The notes: generated by a model from the sequence alone, not told the origin. Numbered from the whole stretch's first letter, positions 25,823 to 38,856 are shown. The stretch is 63,990 bases of DNA, filler included, from Asterionella formosa (GCA_002256025.1; 5 parts of 5 records of this genome joined end to end with filler, not necessarily neighbours in it); one strand, 5' to 3'. Translations and numbers: made by a program.

Positions 25823-25922
25823 NNNNNNNNNNNNNNNNNNNNNNNNNNNNNNNNNNNNNNNNNNNNTTAATTAATTAANNNNNNNNNNNNNNNNNNNNNN
25901 NNNNNNNNNNNNNNNNNNNNNN
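25823..25922. other. Artificial scaffold linker
   Basis: 44N-TTAATTAATTAA-44N. Confidence 0.97.
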
Positions 25923-26428
25923 ATACGTCCAGCTGAAAACGAACAATGGTGGTACATGGTGGATATGATTATCATGCATATTGTTCATATATATATACTT
26001 TGTCGCATTCATACATAAATCGAATGTTCCTCAACGGTTGCTATCTACTGGTCGTACCAAATTGTCATGAAGGAAAGTGTGTATGTAATTCTATACAGTA
26101 TGCAATCGTATATGTATATGTGTATACAATCAATTCCTCCTTTTGTATGAAATGTGGAGATTCCTATGTCAGAATATAACAAATTCTACACGAGTACATC
26201 TTATACTGCATAGTCAGTGTGTATCTACAGTTAGGCTAACGGTAGGAACTATCCATATATCTACATATCTGAATGTACATTCAAATCACCTTCAGCCAGT
26301 CAGTCAGTACTGTATGGCGCAGGATCATCATCATCATTGGCTTGGGTTGACAGCATGATGTTTGTCCCACAAAAACGTTGTGTACAATACTGAGTACATA
26401 TTTTTTTTAATACAGTTTCATTCTCATC

Positions 26429-28276
26429 ATGTCGATGTTTCATCGTCTCCTTCGTCCTCTTCTTGTTGTTGTTGTTCTTGTTCTTGTTGCTAGTATCAGT
26501 GGTTGTAATGGTCATGCTGGTGATACTCATGCAAGACTTCGACTTCGAATAGCAACAACAACAACAGCAACAGCAAGAACGAATAGAAAACAGCGACAAC
26601 AGCAAGAAGAATTCCCAGTACATCAGCTTAGTAGGAACAAAGCAGAATCTGATATTCAGAATCGATGGTTGCAAATGAACAATGCTCCTCAACAACAACA
26701 ACAACCAGGAGGAGGAGGAGGAAATAATCCTCAACAACAACAACCAGGAGGAGGAGGAGGTGGTGCTCCTCAACAAGGAGGAGGAGGCAATCCACAACCA
26801 CAGCCGCCTCCTCCAGCTCCAGTGTCACCTCCCGATACAATGTCTCCCACAGTGTCAACATTTCCTCCTTCCGTGGCGAAACAAATATCTACCATGTCGC
26901 CAAGTAGTGTAGGAACGGCACCTGTTGCTGACGTGATACCAAGGACTGTATCACCATCGACTGTACCAGTAGCTACTATGACAGCATCACCTACTATGCC
27001 ACCGGTCTCTCCCATGACTGTACCAGTAGTTACTATGACAGCATCACCTACTGTGCCACCAGTATCATCCATGACAGTATCACCTACTACAACTCCTGCT
27101 ACTATCCCAACAGAGGCTCCAACGGCACTTACTGTGGTCTATCCATTGCTGGATTTTACAATTTCCCTTTTGGGTCCATTGGACAATGTGACTGTCTTGA
27201 CTGGATCATTGGAATCCTTTCTCCAAACTAGATTGAATACTGGTAGTACCACGATTGTCTTGGAGCTAGTTTCCAACACTCAAAATCGATTTCTCTCAAC
27301 ACTGGATGCCTTTGTGTCACATTCCTTGACTTACCAAGGAACTGCCACTACCAATACTACAAATGAAGCTACTATATTATTATCACAAGAAGCATCATTG
27401 AAAGATTGGACACAATTGCAGTCATTTCTTGATAAGGATGCTGGACTCAATGTTACTATTGTATCTCTTGTGTTATCCACTGGACCAACACTATCACCAA
27501 CCATGTTGGTTGGTACCAACAAGACATCTACTAGCATTCCATTGATTGCAGCATGTGCAGCTGGGGCTGTCTTGATGATGATTGTATTGACATTTGTGGT
27601 TGTCAAGTATTATCGTCATCATTATCATGGCAAACCCCCAAATTATGGTGCTGTCATGACAACAACCATGATGACAACTACTACTAATACTGCTGCTGCT
27701 GTCCAACATTTATCATTGGATCATGAAGATGATCCAGTGCTGGATCATTCTACAGGTAGATCTACAGATGATGACTTTTCCATGGCAGATTATTCCTTGG
27801 CATCAACTGTTCCATCTGTATCTACTGCAAATAGTAATAGTAATAGTGCCACAACAAACAAGAAGACAAAGAAGAAGAAGAATAAGAAACAGTCACCAGA
27901 AATTTCCTTTGAGTATGATGATGTGGGAAAGGAAACTGTCATTGTCAAGAAAGAAGAAGAAGATGAAGAGGATATTGACCCCATGGCATTTTATACAAGT
28001 GTTCCACCACAACTCGAAAAGAATGGTAATGAAGATGTGCCATTTGATGAATGTACTGTTGAATCAGAACCAATGGTTGTCAAGAAGGAACCAATAGTTG
28101 TTAAAAGTGTCATGAAGAAGAAGAAGAAGGAAACAACACGTGAAACAGCACGTGAAACAACAAGAATGAGCAAATCATCAAAGACAAATAGTCCAAAGTC
28201 TGCAGAATTGGATTCCTTGTCAGATTTCCTCAAGAATCGAAGAGATGCCAAGCGAGCCTCAAGACACTCACCCTAA
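26429..28276 (+). CDS. Single-pass membrane protein with signal peptide, RXL motifs, Q/G and Pro/Thr/Ser-rich regions
   Basis: 615-aa ORF. Signal peptide, then NRWLQ and NRFL motifs, (QQQQPGGGGG)x3 and PV(A/V)TMTASPT x2. TM segment IPLIAACAAGAVLMMIVLTFVVV. Lys-cluster/acidic cytoplasmic tail. Confidence 0.85.
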   Translation: MSMFHRLLRPLLVVVVLVLVASISGCNGHAGDTHARLRLRIATTTTATARTNRKQRQQQEEFPVHQLSRNKAESDIQNRWLQMNNAPQQQQQPGGGGGNNPQQQQPGGGGGGAPQQGGGGNPQPQPPPPAPVSPPDTMSPTVSTFPPSVAKQISTMSPSSVGTAPVADVIPRTVSPSTVPVATMTASPTMPPVSPMTVPVVTMTASPTVPPVSSMTVSPTTTPATIPTEAPTALTVVYPLLDFTISLLGPLDNVTVLTGSLESFLQTRLNTGSTTIVLELVSNTQNRFLSTLDAFVSHSLTYQGTATTNTTNEATILLSQEASLKDWTQLQSFLDKDAGLNVTIVSLVLSTGPTLSPTMLVGTNKTSTSIPLIAACAAGAVLMMIVLTFVVVKYYRHHYHGKPPNYGAVMTTTMMTTTTNTAAAVQHLSLDHEDDPVLDHSTGRSTDDDFSMADYSLASTVPSVSTANSNSNSATTNKKTKKKKNKKQSPEISFEYDDVGKETVIVKKEEEDEEDIDPMAFYTSVPPQLEKNGNEDVPFDECTVESEPMVVKKEPIVVKSVMKKKKKETTRETARETTRMSKSSKTNSPKSAELDSLSDFLKNRRDAKRASRHSP

Positions 28277-28614
28277 AGAGTTTAATAGTAGTAATAGTAC
28301 TATGTAGTGCTTCTATGTAGTGCAGATGTAACTCAACTATGCATGGTTGGGGTACACAATAAAATGTTGGTTTGACTACTACTATTCACTATGTATTATT
28401 ATTATTATTATTTACTATTTACACATTAGGCAATAATGCTATATATAACCAATGATTAATATTACAGAATACTCCATATGTGTACTATAATAATGAAATC
28501 AAACTGTTGTGGTGAACTGTGTGTGTGTACTGTTGTGGTGTGCCCATCAGGAGTCACAAAACAAAACAAAACATTATATTATAATATGTCATTGAGATGA
28601 GCTGCTGTCATTGT

Positions 28615-30971
28615 TCAAATCTCACTACATAATGAGGTTGATGTATAATAGTCCCGACCACCCTTGTTGTACTTTTCAAGATTATTTTGTCGAGGAGTAG
28701 ATGTTTCAGGTGTCACCATGGAATCCAGTTGTCCTTCCCACTTTGCTTCCATATCTTCCAAATCAGCCAGTAGGTCATTACTTTGAATAGCATTTTTAGG
28801 AGTTTCATTTAAACAATGACCAGATCCCAATTTTATTACATTGAAATCCAATTGAATGAATTCTGTCCCTCGAGGAGTATTGATAGTGGAAGCATACCGT
28901 CCATTTCGAGGTGAGCATAAATCACAATCTTCCATTCTGGCTTGAATGTCTTCGGCAATGGGAGATAATCGTGCTCCTAGAACAGAGACAATGCCAGATG
29001 CCATGGAATCAATGGAAATTAATCGGTGGTGGTCACCACCAGAATAAGATGCTTCCGAAAGTCGACTGACACTGGATGGATCCATAGATAGCTAGATATA
29101 TATGTATGTATGTGGATGTATGTGTATATGCATGTGTATGTATGTATGCATGTGTATGTGAATGTGTATATCAATATTGAATGGAAAGAAAGAAAATGGT
29201 TTAGAATATACAAATTGTAAGAAATGTAGACACACACAGACAGACCCACACAAACACACAGACAGACAAACACACACACAGAGACAGTATTTATATATGA
29301 TTACCAACATCTGTTTCGTACCTGTTGTGTATAAGGATTGTTTTCCTCATCGGTATCAGTATCTGCGTCAAGTAAGGAAAGCCCTGATGGAGCAAAGGCA
29401 ACACTGTAACGTGGTCGACCATCTCCCAAAGAAACAGGACTAGCGGGGATGGATGGTGGTGATGGATCAATCATCACTGGTGAAGTAGTGGGACGCTGAC
29501 GAGAATCATTCCCATTGTCATTCTTCTGATCGTTATTTGGACTAATAATAATGATAATATCAGAAGCAGCGCTACTCCATGATTGTACGTGTAAATCTTG
29601 TTGTTGTTGCTGTTGATCACGTGGTCTTGATGATGCCATGTTGATGCTATATCGTCGAGCAAGAAGTAATCCAATAGCAAGAATAATGAGACCAATCATA
29701 GTGGCTGATATAACAACCCCAATCGGAACAACTCTTTTTTGAGAATTGTTGTTGGTAGTCCCTTGTTCTACTGCCGAAACAAACATGTCTGTCCCAAGAG
29801 CTTCTGCCAATTCATTTTCATACGTTTGTTTGTTCCTTTCAAATGTTGAATCAAGAATATCTGCCAATGAGAAATTCATAACATCTCCTCCTCCAGGATC
29901 AATAATCGCTTGAACAATCATTTGAACTGTAAGAGTTGTAGTAGTAGTAGTAGTAGTACCGGATGTTGTACTATTATTAATCAATGTCTCCTCCTCTTTC
30001 TGCAAGGAACGAACATTTGCTGCTCGACGACGACGTTGTTGTTGAAGATATTGATCCACTACCAGTACATTTGTTACTGTAATTTTGTGTGTCGTATTGT
30101 GATTGCTTTGTTCAATATCATCATTCCTATACATCAAAAGATGATTGTTCAAAAAGTCCTTGGTTGTCTCTTCAAATATCACAACAGTGATATTGTCCAA
30201 TTCTTGCGAGGCAGGAATTATTACAGTAACAGTATCACCAATGGGTAAGGCACTAATGAAACTAGGACCACTGCTGGGATTCATTGAGGGGAATGTAGTT
30301 GGCTTGGCAGTGGGTAACAAGGATGGGAAAGTGGTGGATGGCAAAATACTTGGTGAGGAAGAAACAACATTACTTGGACTGATGGTTGGTACACCAGTTG
30401 TTGGTCTCAGTGTGGGACGAACAGTTGTTATTGGTTTCGTTGTTGGCTCCAGTGTTGGACGAGCAGTTGTTGGTTTCGCTGAAGGGGCAGCAGTTGGAGA
30501 TGTTGTTGTTGGTCTCAGTGTTGGACGAGCCGTTGTTGGTTTCGTTGTTGGCTCCAGTGTTGGACGAGCAGTTGTTGTTGGTTTCGCTGAAGGGGCAGCA
30601 GTTGGAGATGTTGTTGTTGGTCTCAGTGTTGGGCAGCTTGGTTCCATCGAAGGTGATGATGGTACTGTTGCTGTTGCAACTACTGCCACTACTGTCGTTT
30701 TCGTGGATATCTTTGTTACATTAAATAGAGAAGGTATGATGATGACCGATGAAGTCGAGACAGGAGGAGGATACGTGACAGTAGTAGTATCTGCTAGTAG
30801 TGGTTGTTGTGTCAACCTACCACTACTACTACTATTACTTGTTGTTGTGTTGTTGGTTGTTTGAAGCAGTTTGCGACCATGGACACCACTATCTTCTTGT
30901 GCTCGACACGTCGAAAGGAAAAACAACAGGCTAAAGCAGCAAGCTAAAGAGAAAGAGTGCATCAACAACAT
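28615..30971 (-). CDS. Single-pass mucin-like membrane protein with RXL motifs and Pro/Thr repeats
   Basis: Exons 30971-29322 and 29091-28615 (GTACG..CTAG, phase 0). Signal peptide MLLMHSFSLACCFSLLFFLSTCRA. RKLLQ and RSLQ motifs. TM segment IGVVISATMIGLIILAIGLLLA. Confidence 0.85.
29096..29290. repeat. Intronic (GTAT)n/(CA)n microsatellites
   Basis: tatgtatgta... and cacacacagacagac... tracts within intron 29092-29321. Confidence 0.8.
30395..30632 (-). repeat. Coding tandem repeat, ~105-108 bp unit, 2+ copies
   Basis: PTLRPTTTSPTAAPSAKPTT(T)ARPTLEPTTKP repeated near-perfectly. Confidence 0.9.
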
Positions 30972-32044
30972 AATTGATGTTTTTCTTTTCTTTTTCCACA
31001 ATCCCAAAAAAAGGTAAGGCTTGAGAAATATTGAAAGATTAGTGTATGTTTGTGTTTGTATGCAACGAGAGAATGATGATATAAATCAACAACAACAATT
31101 CATACAACGTGAAGCAAACTTAGCGACGCAAACAAGATAAAGCCAAGGACATTCATTGCACGTTGAATGTAGTTTATAAAATAGCTTACCGGTACCTTTT
31201 TTCAATTTTGTTTGACCCCCTCTTTTCGTGTAATGCCAATGGGTAACTCTCGAATCGAGACTTTTTGACATTCAGCGACGAGGGAAAAAAAGAAAAGGGA
31301 TCGGGAAATAGCGAGAAAGTAACGAATGCCTGTGTGAATTCCGTCCGGTGCTTGCACATAGATCGGCCCATTGATCGTATTCATGAATGAATACTATTCG
31401 ATTTTGTATATGACGTCAAATACATGTGGGAAGGGTGGACGTTAGCGGCGTGAGTAGACTTTCGTTTCCTTTGTTGTTCGTTAGCCAACGGCTCATGGAG
31501 ATTTCATCCTGGTAGCTGGCAGGCAACCATCACGCGCGCCTGTGCAGCTGCAAGGAAGGTGCGGGAAAAGAGAAAATATACATTTATGAGGAAAACAAAG
31601 CGAGTAAGTAAACTTGTGGATTAACGGACTCTCCAACGGCAAGCCGAGTGGAATGCATGCCATACGACATGATAATTTACAAGGGCTCGTATTCAGTACA
31701 TGTCGTACCGGTACTCCAATCCCTGCAAAGTTGCAGTCCTTTTGCTTCAAGAAACAATTAAAGAAATACAGGATAAAGAAAGCTAAACATTTAGCTTCAG
31801 CACAATTTACAAAACCTGCTGGTCAGGTACCAGGTACTTCATCAGGTACTGACAGCACAGTACCAGTACCCCTGGTGCTTCAAGTCAGTCATTACCTACT
31901 GGGTTGGCAGTGTAGATGTGTGTACTGGAACATTGAATGAGAGCACCCCTGCTGAAATGTATGGCGCCTACTCTAGCGCGATCCAGTACTGCCCTGGAAT
32001 GATGGGTCAAGATTTTCTAGCGCCGCTCATTTGCGTACCGGTAT

Positions 32045-32950
32045 TTAAGGTTGCGGCCCTCGGCTTAACCCTAGTTTGGAGAAAACGTCGCTAGGGTTGT
32101 AAAAATGGCATGGAACAGGGAGTTTGCTGCTATGAGTTCCCATGATTCGAGTGTCCATTTGAATATTTGAATTAAATAGGAGTCGGCGCCAGATAGACTG
32201 AGTTCCATTTTAAACAAGCAAAAATGATATTGAAACGTTTATCTTCGTTGCTGGCTGTAGACATAATTTTGTTCCACTCCATACTAACACAAATATAAAT
32301 CAGGAGTATTCCTAAATGTATACTCATGATATTTTTTATCCGTTTATACCGGAGTAACAGTGTACCATGGTACCTGGTACCAGTAGTACATAATCTTGGT
32401 TAATGACGATGGATGATGAAACTACCGGTAGTACTTATTTTACCTACCAGGTACCGGTACAGTACATCTAGTAATACATGTGGTTCAAGTATGGCTGGCG
32501 TAATTGTAATTTTACAAGACTGAGATAAGGCAGCCAATCTGGAGCAGGTGAGTAAATTCAATTCAACCAATCAGAATATGTGTAGTGACATGGGAACTTA
32601 CCCTGGAGTCTTTTTGGACAGAGAATTATTCAGCAAAACATACCTATACAAGACTCTAAGTCTACGAGAACGTTTTTGCGCATACTAATTCCGATTCCAA
32701 TATTTTGGCAACTGTTGAAAACACCGAACAGGTCGACTTTTTGGAAGAGGATTGCTCTACATCTACGGGGTTTCATGATGATTAAAATAGATAGCCGTGC
32801 ACCCTATAACGTCAGGAGTTATCTTCTGGAGAGAAGTGGCAGTTATGTAAAGTAGATTTTTTGAAAAGCTTTGTAGCCCCTTTTTTGACTATTTTTGTGA
32901 TAGTTACGAATCTATGATACATAACTGCCACTCCTCTCCAGAAATGGGGT
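32045..32950 (+). mobile_element. Diverged, truncated member of the foldback element family
   Basis: Starts TTAA|GGTT with an AACCCTAG..CTAGGGTT hairpin. Blocks collinear with 18857-19680 include TCCATTTGAA.ATT.GAA, AACCAATCAGAATATG and TTC.GATTCC.A.ATTTTGG..AC.GTTGAAAA. Internal ~35-bp inverted repeat at 32824-32944. Confidence 0.7.
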
Positions 32951-35103
32951 CCTTACCATATCTGTTTATAGATCATACCTCCAAGTCGAAAAATGACAGT
33001 ATCTAAGCATATGCAACGTGGTCGTAATGGTGAAAGCTAATTTAACCTTTAACTATTTTATTTACTTGCTTGTACGTGATTTGTGGATTGAGGTACATCA
33101 TAAAAACGTCATGCAGGCTCAATGGGGTAAAACTGATTTGGACCAAAAACCGTCGACAGCCAATTTTGGGCTACTATAACTAAAGAACTGGTACGAGATT
33201 GCAGTGTTCAAGTACGAACAATGCTGTTCCTTATATATGCACAGGAAGAACTTTGTCTAATACAGATTTATAATATTACAAATATTCGTCTCAAACCTTG
33301 TGATTAACCCGTTTTGTTATGACTATCAGTACAAAACTGAAAGTTTGTATGACTCTCAGTTTTTAGGTGGTACCAGGGGTACAAGCATGTATGTTATAGG
33401 AACATGATGTTTGCTGGTTTGGTACCGGTTACATGATGACAATGATGATATGCCTATTGTTAACAGATAAATCACGAATTATAAGCAAACCAATAGTTGT
33501 TTTCAGCTTCTGATATTATAGAATATGTCTTCTTGATATACAACGGTTATGTGCGAACTAGCTACTTGGGTATTGATCCAGCAAGAAATCATGGAGATAT
33601 TGTCAAGAAATCATTGAGATATTGTCATTGCGGTCGAACGCCATGTAGCTTCTGCCGATTTTCAATGTTAGCTATTTCGCAATGAATATCAAAGCTACGT
33701 GTTTGTTTCTTTCACTACTTGCTAGCAACAAGTGTATTCTATCTAAGAAACTATTATTAGTGTTAAGCAGTTGTACAAAATCGAAAATTAATAATCACTT
33801 AATCATGGTAAGGGGAAATTTCTCATGTTTGTTCGATTCATGAGCAATTGTAATTATACACAGTATGTACCGGTAGGCAGAGAGCATTCATATTAAACGT
33901 GAAACCGTATGTGCATGTACCGCTATATGTATTCCTGGGGGTCGACTATCATGTTCTTTGATCCCTCTCCTGTGGCCGCATCTGGCTGACCCCGATGGAA
34001 TCTAGCTCTCCAGTAAACCCCCCAATTTTTTGGATTGGGGGAATGAGTTTGACCCTGAAATAGTTTCTGCCAAATCAAATTCTAAAAGTTCAAAACGATC
34101 ATGCCATGAATGAAAGATAACTGTTTTCCGAGCTAGCCAGATTACATGTTTTGTGTTGGATCTACAGGCGTGTGTATCCGAGATGTCCAAATCGTCATTT
34201 CGGCAATTTTACCACAACTTGCAAGATTCTGTGTACCATGTTCCTCCACCGGACAATCGTCCAGTATTTGAGAAAATGATCAAACTGTTGTTCATCAATA
34301 CAAACATGGTGAAGCTAGTGATTTCCAGATGAAGTTTGAGAATTTTTTTGTGGCCAGCAAGTTCTGGGATGGAGAGAGTGTATGTGGAGGGTCGGAGTGG
34401 TGACACAAGCGCTTCTTGCTTTGCATGGTTATCAGTAGAAGGGAGGGAAAAATGCTGGGGAGGAAGAGAGGGAGAGGTGGGGGTAAAGGGTGCCAGAGGT
34501 GTTGAGAAAGAAATTGCATAATAAGCTCCTAGGCAGGGCTGTCCAGCAGTAATTGCCCTTTTGAGTTTAGACTTTGAGCTTTTGGCATTAGGGGAAAAGA
34601 GGAGAGCGATGTCGGAGTCCATGGGACAATCATTGGAAGGAGTGGGGGGAAGAGCGGCAGCACTTGCAGAAAGCGCCATGGTTGAGAAGGAGAGGAGCAG
34701 TTGCTACACGTAGGTGCACATGTATGTGGTGTAGTTAAATTAATTCAATTGTTTGTTGTATATGTAGTATCTACATCACCCAGAGGTGAGCACAATGCAA
34801 TGTTGAAATTAGCTATAGTTACCTTTTGTTAAATTGACTATGCTTGTTCGTACTCTCATCGTAGAGTTTTATGCAATACACATGGTGTACATATATGTCA
34901 CCTGAAGTGAAAGATACTCCTTTTTCATATTCTGCAAATCACCAAAATGATGTAGTACATATATATGTACATCAGATTGATCAATCCTAGGGTGCAAGAA
35001 GCTCCTAGTACTCTTAACACCTTCAGATTATGAAATAGTGGAGCAGCCTTCAGATAAATAGTTGAACAACCTTGTGATAATTAGTTGAATGAACTCCAGA
35101 AAA

Positions 35104-36643
35104 TTACGTAAACAAATTTAATACATTAACTGAGCTATTTTCATATTTGGCAATTGAAAAGTTGAAGGAAATAAGATTCCTCACCTGTAAGGGCACCCCA
35201 CCAGTCACCTTTAATATTTCTTTGCTGTCATTCCGTGTAGCCACTTCATTAAAGGCAAGCTTTATTTCTGCCAAATTCATTTTGCAAGGGTGATTGTATT
35301 CCACAAACCCTCGATACCTTTCCCTGTAGGCAATCTCGTTGTTTGCAGAAGCCGAAATGATGGAGACAATGCGGTCTCCCTTCATTATGCTGTTGATGAC
35401 ACGAAAAGGAAAGGGAAGGGTGCCCAGATCAACATATTTGTTTAGCTCTGGTCGAGCAAACAATCTGTTGATCTGATCGAAAACTAGGACCCATTTCTTG
35501 TTCATATGTTGAAGAATCAAGTCAATGGCATTGACAAAAGTTTTCAGATCTCTTGAATTTTCGATATCATTTGAACAGATCTTCCACTTGAGAGCCGATA
35601 AGGAAGTACCAAATGATCTACAGATTGCAGTGTACAACTCGTTAACATCATTCCATTCTTGACAGTCTGGAATGAAAGTTACGAGGTACTTGCAGCTGCT
35701 GTTATATTGCAGGTTACGAACCAAGTTGACAAGTGAGTGCGACTTGCCAATTCCATGCGGTCCTTTGATCATGATTCCAGTCCGACGCTCTTTCTTGAAG
35801 GCATCTTCAACCACTTTCATCATTTCCTTCACAATTTTAGGTCGATATAAGATTCCCCTACTTTCGCAGTCGTCGAACCGCACCTGTTGGACATTATCAA
35901 TCCAGTAACTATCAGTTGGGGAAAAAGCTGATAAAGTAGGAACAGAAGGAGGTAAAGTAGGAATAGAAGGAACCTCTTTCGGATCTATCATGTAGATATG
36001 CATTGTCCTTGGAATGCTTCGCACTTGCTGATCCGCCTGCAAGCGCTTAAAATGAACGTTGAGCTTCTCCTCTATAAGCAATATTAAGGACGAGGCTTCC
36101 TCCTGGTCATAATCTTGATTCCGCTCCTTGTTCAAGTCATCAAATTGAAGTTTGAGCCTCTCGTCTATAACCTTTATTAAGGAGACTTCCTCCTGCTCAT
36201 AATTTGGTTTCTGGCGTTTCGTCGCTCCTTGGTTTTTTCAACAGTAGCGAGTATTTGTATGGGATAAATGATACGAAATGATACGTGAGTATTAGGAGCT
36301 GTGAACTACAAAACAATAGAAGGGATTCCATGAGATCAAAACACGTACCAATATCAGGTTGGATGACCACGATCACGAACGCAGTGTCGTCGCTAGTTCC
36401 CCAATTCAGATGAACAACCAGACCTCCAGGATCCAAGGTTGGATCATCAGCTCCCTCAGAAACCGGCACTTGGGTTCCAGGTGGGCACACACGGAGCTGC
36501 GCTGAATCTATGGCACTCAGACTATTTTCACATTTAATCTTTACAGCTTTCATCAAGTCAGCAATGATATCATTCTTCTTCAACGTGACATAAACTGGCA
36601 ATAGTCCTGCGTTTCCACGGAACAACTGGAACCAAACCTTCAT
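35104..36643 (-). CDS. Crinkler (CRN)-type protein: N-terminal ubiquitin-like header + P-loop NTPase, C-terminally truncated
   Basis: Exons 36643-36349 and 36227-35104 (the AAG acceptor is inferred). Header IADLMKAVKIKC..LSAIDSAQLRV. Walker A GPHGIGKS, Walker B VLVFDQIN, and TGGVPL. The ORF stops shortly after TGGVPL. Confidence 0.7.
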
Positions 36644-37255
36644 TGTTTTCTAACTGATGGTGGTGGGTACCTGGTTGGGAGTACAAGACAATGGAAGTGA
36701 GAGGAAAGGAGAGGAGAGGAGGATATATAAAAAAGGGTCAGCAATGTTGTGAATGCACCTTCATGAAACAGGTTCCAGTACCATGTACCAGTTTCTCTAC
36801 TATAGCGGCACATGCTTTCTTTTGCTGTCATGGTACTTTTGTCAACCTTGTTTTCTACATACAGGATCTTGTATACATATTTATTTATAGTCATTTGGAA
36901 TACAACTTCGTCTTGCGATCCAGCATCCTACTGCGTGGCGTGTATGATTGTACAGCCTGGGAGTTCCGGGAAAGTCCGATTTTTGCGAATATTTGTCCGC
37001 ATGTGTGTATACAAAACACATATTAATTATACAACAATGTATGTGAACCATTCACAAAAATATGGACAGGTCCGAGTACCGGTATGTCATACCCGTAGGA
37101 GTATACCGGTCGTATTTTACCAGACGAAGTTAATTTTCAATGTTCTCTCATAAATAGATTGCGGACAGCATACCGTGGTGCATCTTGAACTGTAACGGTA
37201 CCAGGTAGTACTAAGTGTATTCATAAGCAGTTCATAATGGTCTCTAGACTCTAGA

Positions 37256-38320
37256 TTAGGTCCTTAGCACTACATGTACATGACCCCTAGAAGACAAACT
37301 CCCCTCACCCCAAGTACTGCCAAAACTACCTTCTTCACAACCTTTTCTAGGCCGTTGCAGAGACTTGGCTGAGACAGGGTATACTGCTTTTGCATGATAT
37401 ACTAGTGTAACAACTGTGATTTGTTGTCCCTGTGTTTTAGGAATACTAAGGCATTGAACGGAATTAGCTGCACATTGTTCAGGACTTGAATATAGCAAAT
37501 AAATCTTTTTGAATTTTTCAAGCCATCTCGCCTTTTTACACATTTCTGCAAACTTTTTCAGTACATTGTGGTGTTTGGAAATATGTACCTGAACACCACA
37601 CAACACACTATGGTCACCACACTTCCAGATCAGATCAATTAGTACAGAAAAATTGGAGTTTTGGGGAACATTAATTCCATTTTTTTCATGATTTCTGGCA
37701 ACACATTGGAGGGATGGGTATCTATTAAGGGAAAGGTACTCTTTTGAGGAAAAGTTTCAATGAGATTGCATTTGACTTCCTCAATACCGAAAATCTCTTC
37801 GAAAATGTAACATTTGCATTGATTGAACAGTGCTTGATCACAAGAAATTCAAAAATCCGACCATAAGTGTCATTTGTTGTTCTATGGCTGGCACAGCCAG
37901 ACTTTCAAAAAGTAATTCCTTGTGTGTTTGGACATATGCAAGTATATACTCCTCCCAAAAGAAGGTTTGATATGCTACCAACACCAAAGGATACAATGGC
38001 TCGTAGTGAGTGAACTCCTCCCGCCCCTTACCAGGAATTGAATACTTTCTGTCATAATACAAGACATTGTCTGTATTTGACAAAACGCAACCAACTGCTG
38101 ATGCTGTGATAGCATACCCGTATACTCCAATTTCGTTTTCGTGTAGGGAAATTTTCAAAGAGAAAATAGAATTAAGCACAATTCATCCTTTTCATATTTG
38201 GCAATAGAAAAGTTGCAAGAAATCAGATTCCTCACCTGTAAGGGCACCCCGCCAGTCACCTTTAATATTTCTTTGCCGTCAATTCGTTTTGCCACTTCCT
38301 TAAAGGCAAGCTTTATCTCT
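37256..38320 (-). pseudogene. CRN-type C-terminal half (end of NTPase + restriction-endonuclease-like domain), frameshifted
   Basis: 38189-38320 is a near copy of 35138-35269. It continues through YYDRKY..YEPLYP and VPQNSNF..IDLIW..CGVQVHISKH, which is PD-(D/E)xK-like. Stops and frameshifts are present. Confidence 0.65.
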
Positions 38321-38756
38321 CTAGGATAGAAGATAATCCATGGGATCAGGACGAGAGGAACCAATTTCAGGGATTCCCCATTCAGATCAGAACACAGCTA
38401 TGGAATTCATCGCATATGTCAAGAGCATTAGTAATGATGCATGCCAACCACAATGGTCAATGTTATTGGATATTAATTTTCTTACTCGAGTCAGCTGCCT
38501 CTCACATTCAGAATCAATTTAATAGTACATCACTACATTGTCAAGTGGTATGGAATAATGAGCAACTATAGGTTTAGTCCTACCATGCCCAGCCAAGAAG
38601 TGCTGAATGCTGCAAGAAACTATAAAAGGAGGATGACTGGAAAGGCATATTCCCTTTTCCTAACCCCAATTATTGATACTTAACATATCCTTTTTTATTT
38701 CTCGGTGCATTGTTTTGGCCATTGTAGAGTGTTGAGACAGGGTATACTGCTTATGA

Positions 38757-38856
38757 NNNNNNNNNNNNNNNNNNNNNNNNNNNNNNNNNNNNNNNNNNNN
38801 TTAATTAATTAANNNNNNNNNNNNNNNNNNNNNNNNNNNNNNNNNNNNNNNNNNNN
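38757..38856. other. Artificial scaffold linker
   Basis: 44N-TTAATTAATTAA-44N. Confidence 0.97.

Noticed and set aside
30145..30864. Antisense Val/Gly-rich ORF (also antisense ORFs over the kinesin, His-rich and 26429-28276 genes)
   Set aside because: These are shadow ORFs of low-complexity coding sequence on the opposite strand.
34209..34679. 156-aa Pro/Ser-rich minus-strand ORF
   Set aside because: Low complexity with no domain. Possibly a retroelement remnant, but unsupported.
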